DNA from: Octopus sinensis
Taxonomy: Eukaryota
DNA length: 12,978 bases
Reading direction: 5' to 3'
Assembly (NCBI RefSeq): GCF_006345805.1
Contig: NW_021826359.1
Span: forward strand, 1-12,978
Shown: in pieces, positions 7,850-12,978 of the stretch
How the letters are laid out: every line of letters starts with the position of its first letter
How positions within the stretch are numbered: the stretch's first letter is position 1
Made by a program: the position numbers and the translations under genes
Notes under the pieces: model-generated
What the model was told of the DNA's origin: nothing
The model's database searches: none
Seen by the model: only the letters and a program-made list of their open reading frames with translations

Positions 7850-7879
7850 CATATGCACATGTGTATGCAGGGGATGGAA

Positions 7880-8027
7880 TGCAAACAGACACACACATGC
7901 ACACACACACTCACACTCTCACACATACACACACGCACACACAATGTAACACATCAATAAGTAAATATTGTATTCCACTTAAAATAATTGAGTTCAGTGC
8001 TTTAGGTCTTTATTTACGAATAAAACA

Positions 8028-8080
<53 letters not shown>

Positions 8081-8162
8081 ACATATATATATATATCTAT
8101 ATATATATATAATACACTTATATATATATATACTTCTATATATATGTATGTGTGTATTTATG

Positions 8163-8222
<60 letters not shown>

Positions 8223-8417
8223 CATCCACACACACACACTCATAAAATCAACATCACGGATATAGAATGACACATCAAATGACAAGGCCGGAAAAATAAA
8301 GTGAGGAAGGAAAGAAAAAATGCCGGAAAAGAAGGACAGAGATGAGATTTGTGTTTGTAAGTGTGTATGTAAGTATCGGTTTGTAATTGTGTGTATGCTT
8401 GTGTGCGTGCGTGTGTA

Positions 8418-8448
<31 letters not shown>

Positions 8449-8480
8449 TTGTGTGTGTATACAAACAAACATACATATTT
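7880..8480. repeat. Compound (CA)n, (TA)n, (TG)n microsatellite field
   Basis: Runs at ~7887-7940, 8031-8245 and 8380-8475. Confidence 0.95.
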
Positions 8481-8788
8481 ACATGCGTACATAGAGTAAC
8501 AGCGATAAAAAAATAATTAGGCCACACAGAGAGGAAATATAAAGCTTCATAACTTTCTAGTACAGCAGGGTTTTCCTGTTCATCCTTACAACATTACAAT
8601 GCTAAATGTTATGTTATGTGTGTTTCAGTTCATTGCTTCGTCGCTACACTTTGGTGACAAAGGCCATTATTGTTGTTGTTCTTGTTGTTGTTGATGATGA
8701 TGTTGTTATTGCTATTGGTGTTGCTGCCCCTTTTATTTTGAGTATCGTTATTGTTCAAAAGAGATATGTACACACACGCACGTGCATG

Positions 8789-8802
8789 TAGATAGATAAA
8801 TT

Positions 8803-8870
<68 letters not shown>
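8789..8870. repeat. (GATA)n tetranucleotide microsatellite
   Basis: Seen directly; a (TTG/GAT)n tract lies at ~8667-8715. Confidence 0.97.
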
Positions 8871-9387
8871 CCGTAAATCCTCGAGTATAATTCGCACTTT
8901 TTTCCCAAAATTTAAAAGTAAAAATCCCTAGTGCGTACTATATACGAGATTAAAAATGAAAAATATTTACTAAGCAATGTCCGAGTCTCTATTTGCTGTC
9001 TAGCAATGTTTATTCAGACATATTTTGTGATGTCGGGGGCAAAAATACCCCTTAAGCTAAGCTTGAAAGCAATGAAGTCATAAAAGAATCATCCATAACT
9101 TGCAGTAAGCAACATTTATTAAACGTTATTACTGTTATTTCTTTATTTTCTGCTAACAAAAATCACAAAAAAGCTACACGTTGCATTATGTTATAAATAC
9201 AATAATAATAAAGGATGTTACCGTATACATTTTTACAAACCAAGAACGTTATATAGACCTCCTTGACTCAAGTTAGAGAAGGGGTACATCTTATACTCAA
9301 GTTTTGGGTTTTTCAGAGGTACAGCCCCCTAAAAATCCTCTGAGTATTATACTCAAGGGCGGACTATACTCGAGGATTTATTTACGG
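8871..9387. mobile_element. Non-autonomous Tc1/mariner-superfamily (Tc2/pogo-type) MITE, 517 bp
   Basis: Left TIR ccgtaaatcctcgagtataattcgcac follows TA (8869-70). Right TIR gggcggactatactcgaggattta[ttta]cgg is followed by tgta. CCGTA termini with a TA target are typical of Tc2-like elements. Subterminal TIR-like motifs at 8931-48, 9289-9302 and 9344-57. Confidence 0.85.
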
Positions 9388-9539
9388 TGTATATTGTTTG
9401 TGTATCTTGTTTGAAAGATTCTTTATGTGAATTCAAGTATTGAAACACATTTTACTGTGTCTAGAGAGAGTCATTATGCCAATATTTTTTATACACAATA
9501 TTATTAACAACGCTTAGCATGAAGAACATGAATACGCAG

Positions 9540-9578
9540 ACTACATATACACATAGATACACATATACGCACGTATAT

Positions 9579-9659
<81 letters not shown>

Positions 9660-9660
9660 G
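9540..9660. repeat. (CA)n/(TA)n microsatellite
   Basis: Seen directly; further (TA)n at 9892-9926 and 10048-10110. Confidence 0.95.
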
Positions 9661-9669
9661 ATAAATAAA

Positions 9670-9889
9670 TGCGCCCTTTTAAAGTCTAGCCAGGCTCATG
9701 GGCCCGGTTTCCCGGTTTCTATGGAGTATGTTTTCCCCAGCTGGACGGGATACCAGTCCATCGCAGCGTTACACATTTTTCCAGCTGAGTGGACTGGAGC
9801 AACGTGAAATGAAGTGTTTTGCTCAAGAACACAACGCGTCGCCCGGTCCAGGAATCGAAGCCCCAATCTTACCACTAAGCCACGCTCCT

Positions 9890-9891
<2 letters not shown>
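9670..9891 (-). mobile_element. tRNA SINE with CORE-like and V-domain-like modules
   Basis: Minus strand: A box TGGCTTAGTGG (9872-82), B box GGCTTCGATTCC (9851-62), gtgttcttgagcaaaacactt..cactcagctg (CORE-like), ctgcgatggactggtatcccgtccag (9741-66; V-SINE-like, from memory). Confidence 0.8.
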
Positions 9892-9927
<36 letters not shown>

Positions 9928-9989
9928 GCATGCTCAAGCACACGTGCACACTGGCACGCACAAACAAGCGCGCAACAAGGTCTCAAGCA

Positions 9990-10045
9990 AGGTAGACCAA
10001 AGCCTTGTGTGTGGATTTGATTGACGGAAACTGAAAGAAGCCTGT

Positions 10046-10046
<1 letters not shown>
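9990..10046 (+). mobile_element. Central fragment of CORE-type SINE
   Basis: gaccaaagccttgtgtgtggatttgattgacggaaactgaaagaagcc matches 12523-12570. Confidence 0.8.
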
Positions 10047-10101
<55 letters not shown>

Positions 10102-10204
10102 CATATATTTCGGTAGGAATCGATTAAGGAGGAAAATGGGAGAATTTCTAATATAGACAGAGTCAGAAATTTATGGATGCGAGAGAATTGTACGTAGATC
10201 ATAC

Positions 10205-10310
10205 CGACTTAGGACGGGAATGGGACTTTAATTTATCGATCCAAAGAGGATAAGAAGCAACGTTTAACTTGACGGGATTTGAACTCAGACCGTAAAGAGC
10301 CGAAGAAATT
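10205..10310 (-). mobile_element. Degraded Meta-like SINE
   Basis: actttaatttatcgatccaaagaggataag..gggatttgaactcagaccgtaaag. Confidence 0.65.
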
Positions 10311-10491
10311 TAACCAACAATATTATTTTCACTGTTGCTGTTGGCTTTGATTATTTATTTGATTTTTATTAAAAAATACTTTGTTGAGTTGTTTTTGTTT
10401 TGTGTTTTTTAATCTTGTGACAAATATAATAAATTGCCTGGGTTTTCCCTATAAAACGATATCCATCATGGTCATGTAAAACCCCGTTGAT

Positions 10492-10533
10492 TATTGTGTA
10501 ATCATTCCTCTTTTGAGGAATGATTACACAATA
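10492..10533. repeat. Perfect 19 bp inverted repeat with a TTTT loop
   Basis: tattgtgtaatcattcctc-tttt-gaggaatgattacacaata; arms checked base by base. Confidence 0.97.
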
Positions 10534-10984
10534 GGATAGTTTTGCATTGCTTTCTCCTAAGCCCATGAGAAATGTGAAAGACCAAAACTTCAAACGTAAC
10601 AAATGAATCACTCAGTTATTTGTTTATGGCACGGTCAGCGGTTGCCGGGATTAACTTGTTTGTGGCACCGTTTCCACTCCCAGGTCAAGGAGGTTCACAT
10701 TGCTCAACATTACTGATTCATTTGCAAAAGAAAAGAATGCAACAACTTCCCAATATTGCCTCTCTTAAACTATAGCTCTTGTATGACTGGACAAGCTGGA
10801 ACTAATGTTTATTGATCACAAATATGGTAAACACTGTAGAATGAAAAGTGGCGTCTCAGAGAGTCGAACCAACGACGCGGTTTCGATTTCAACAGGAAAA
10901 TATTTTATTTCACTTACACACATAATGATCGCGAGAAAGGTATGAAAATCACTACATCGCGGTCATTTTCTTTAAGATTATATA

Positions 10985-11150
10985 ACTATCGTATTGGATA
11001 TCATATACGACTCTTTTCCCCCAAAAAATGTTTCAAAAAATCACCTCGGGTCCTATATACAGTTTTCCCTTCCCTTAAGTTTTGATGAACTAAAAACATT
11101 TCCCTCTAAATATGCGCACCTGAAATTGGAATGCGTCTAATAAGTACATC
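10985..11150. mobile_element. Possible old Tc2-type MITE relic
   Basis: tatcgtattgg..atatacgactcttttcccccaaaaaa..aaaaaatc..gtcctatatac loosely resembles Tc2-type left ends and the 8871 element's layout; no partner TIR found. Confidence 0.3.
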
Positions 11151-11549
11151 TTTTATGCCATCAAATGCAGGAAGTATAAGATCTGCCGCATCAGTTATAT
11201 GACAATTATAAAGATTAAATTAAACGGAATTCTTTTAGAACATAGGACTACGAAGCTACAAAATGAACACTGCAAGTCATTGATTTCCTATGAGTGCAGA
11301 TAAAATCAAGAAACTGTAGAAAACCGACAACAATGTTGGAGGAATTTGTTTACCGAAAACTTTCTTCCAACACGATATAGCACTTGCTAAACTTTATCTA
11401 CATAACATTCTCTCGGGTAGACTAGTTTCTTATTTGAAATTTCGTATACTTTTCACCTAATCCAAGCCACTGTGATATAAACTGGGTCTGACTTAGGTTT
11501 GTGAAAGGGCTAACCTCACATTTTTAATTAGAGTGCTGGATAATATATA

Positions 11550-11776
11550 TATTTCTTTACTACCCACAAGGGGCTAAACACAGAGGGGACAAACAAGGAC
11601 AGACAAACGGGATAAGTCGATTACATCGACCCCAGTGCGTAACTGGTACTTAATTTATCGACCCCGAAAGGATGAAAGGCAAAGTCGACCTCGGCGGAAT
11701 TTGAACCCAGAACGTAACGGCAGACGAAATACGGCTACGCATTTCGCCCGGCGTGCTAACGTTTCTGCCAGCTCGC
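11550..11776 (-). mobile_element. Full-length young Meta-like tRNA SINE with target-site duplication
   Basis: Minus-strand head ggcgagctggcagaaacgttagc..ggttcaaattcc; direct repeat ctggataatatata at 11536-11549 and 11777-11790. Confidence 0.95.
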
Positions 11777-11794
11777 CTGGATAATATATAGAAG

Positions 11795-11910
11795 ATCCAG
11801 CAGAAGGATTGATGGTTCGTATCCTGACAACATGACCTCCTTGTTCGGGACAAAGGACACTTCACTTGCAAATGGCTCACTCCACCTAGCTGTAACTAGG
11901 TACCATAAGG
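11795..11910 (+). mobile_element. Ancient CORE-like SINE remnant
   Basis: B-box-like ggttcgtatcc, then gggacaaaggacacttcac..cactccacctagctgtaactaggtacc, resembling the CORE-like segment of the 9670-9891 family. Confidence 0.45.
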
Positions 11911-12097
11911 CTGAAAATGTTTTTGTAACAGGTTGTAGAGGAGGCATATCACGCTGTTCGGTTTATCAAAACCACCTGGATCATCGGTGAATCTAGAGGA
12001 TGTCACGCTGTTACAAGAAGTATCGGTATCAGAACACGAACCATCCACCTGACCTTTTTAATTAAATAAGTGAAATTAACTCTTTCATGACTTTCAG

Positions 12098-12132
12098 ACA
12101 TGCTTAGTTCACATCTGTGTGGCGTTTAGCAG
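12098..12132 (+). other. Candidate 35 nt micro-exon
   Basis: Branch-like ttaac, acceptor tctttcatgactttcag|, donor cag|gtgaga; only phase 0 is open (TCLVHICVAFS+AG). Confidence 0.25.
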
Positions 12133-12413
12133 GTGAGAAATAACTGAAGCTCCGAATAGGAAGCCGGTTTACCTGAGAAAACTTAGCCTGTGATAACATT
12201 GACAAAATAAAGCTATGCAAGCACATTTATGTCACAGATAGAAGATTCCTGCGAGCAGAACCCGTCCCTTAACTCTTGCTCTCAGAATGCTAAAGATTCT
12301 TGATCTTTATCCATAGACATGGGAAACCAATGCCTTGCAATATTCATTCTGCGGATTCATATTCTCCTGCACAAATAATATTCCGTCTCGTTTACACAAA
12401 GAGTTTCTACATA

Positions 12414-12823
12414 GGCGCAGAAGTGGCTGTGTGGTAAGTACCTTGTTTACCAACCACATGGTTCCGGGTTCAGTCCCACTGCGTGGCACCTTGGGCAAGT
12501 GTCTTCTACTATAGCCTCGGGCCGACCAAAGCCTTGTGAGTGGATTTGGTAGACGGAAACTGAAAGAAGCTCGTCGTATATATGTATATATATATATGTA
12601 TGTGTATGTGTGTCTGTATTTGTCCCCCTACCATTGCTTGACAACCTATGCTGGTGTGTTTATGTCCCCGTTACTTAGCGGTTCGGCAAAAGAGACCGAT
12701 AGAATAAGTACTGGGCTTACAAAGAATAAGTCCCGGGGTCGAGTTGCTCGATTAAAGGCGGTGCTCCAGCATGGCCGCAGTCAAAATGACTGAAACAAAG
12801 AAAAAGAGAAAAAGAGAGAAAGA
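12414..12823 (+). mobile_element. Full-length CORE-type tRNA SINE (octopus OR2-like; name from memory)
   Basis: A box TGGCTGTGTGG at 12424-34; B box GGTTCAGTCC at 12467-76; accttgggcaagt matches the MIR/CORE motif; internal (TA)/(TG) SSR at ~12577-12620; A/G-rich tail. Confidence 0.92.
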
Positions 12824-12978
12824 GGTGCAAGCATGTTTGTGTGATTAAAGCCAAGAGGTTTAGGGGTCAGTGCCATGGCATAGCGCTTTGGGTCGACTAA
12901 TATCTTGCGAGTAAATTTGCTAGATGGAAACCGTGTGGAAGCCTGTTGTATATGTGTGTGTGTGTGTGTTTGTGTGTT
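12823..12978 (+). mobile_element. Degraded CORE-type SINE 5' half running into (TG)n
   Basis: gaggtgcaagcatg..ggggtcagtgcca..ctttggg..gagtaaatttgctagatggaaac..gaagcctgttgtatatgtgtg. Confidence 0.6.

Noticed and set aside
7064-8908. Long ORFs (213 aa etc.) with IY/TH/CV/LSIY repeats
   Set aside because: Microsatellite and SINE translations.
10835-10896. Minus-strand B-box-like GGTTCGACTC and CUGUUGA-AAUC-GAAAC-CGC-GUC
   Set aside because: No tRNA cloverleaf or A box; as a hammerhead it has no helix II or helix I. At most a relic, so worth rechecking only if the A6U family proves real.
12165-12190. Minus-strand ttttctcag|gtaaac resembling a recursive splice site
   Set aside because: The donor is weak (GTAAAC) and there is no evidence for a minus-strand transcript.
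11650-12793. ORFs overlapping the SINEs at 11550-11776 and 12414-12823
   Set aside because: These are SINE-derived open frames of a kind often mis-annotated as hypothetical proteins.
1-12978. CRISPR array, rRNA, prokaryotic operon or telomeric repeat
   Set aside because: No repeat-spacer periodicity, no rRNA motifs and no TTAGGG arrays; the sequence is eukaryotic repeat-rich DNA.

Overview
AT-rich, microsatellite-dense eukaryotic non-coding DNA. The repeat families and SSR load look like an octopus/coleoid cephalopod intron or intergenic region; this assignment is from recognition, not a search. No full-length protein-coding gene is supported, and almost all listed ORFs are microsatellite or repeat artefacts. 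The window holds about 20 tRNA-derived SINE copies or fragments from at least 4 families (CORE-type, Meta-like, CORE+V-like, and one long family), a decayed CR1-type LINE ORF2 3' end (1871-2340) and a Tc2/pogo-type MITE (8871-9387). The most interesting signal is a set of short, microsatellite-embedded elements carrying minimal type I hammerhead-ribozyme-like motifs on the + strand (2880-2925, 6791-6826, 7557-7590; weaker at 7293-7337). This architecture is typical of Penelope-like element (PLE) repeats and retrozymes. One motif is fused behind a tRNA-like Pol III head and (AAT)23, with an inverted copy of the head upstream, which suggests a PLE-mobilised SINE-like element. Ribozyme activity and the PLE link are inferences. 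Two short splice-site-bounded segments (5112-5228, 12098-12132) could encode a signal-peptide-like N-terminus, but this is speculative.
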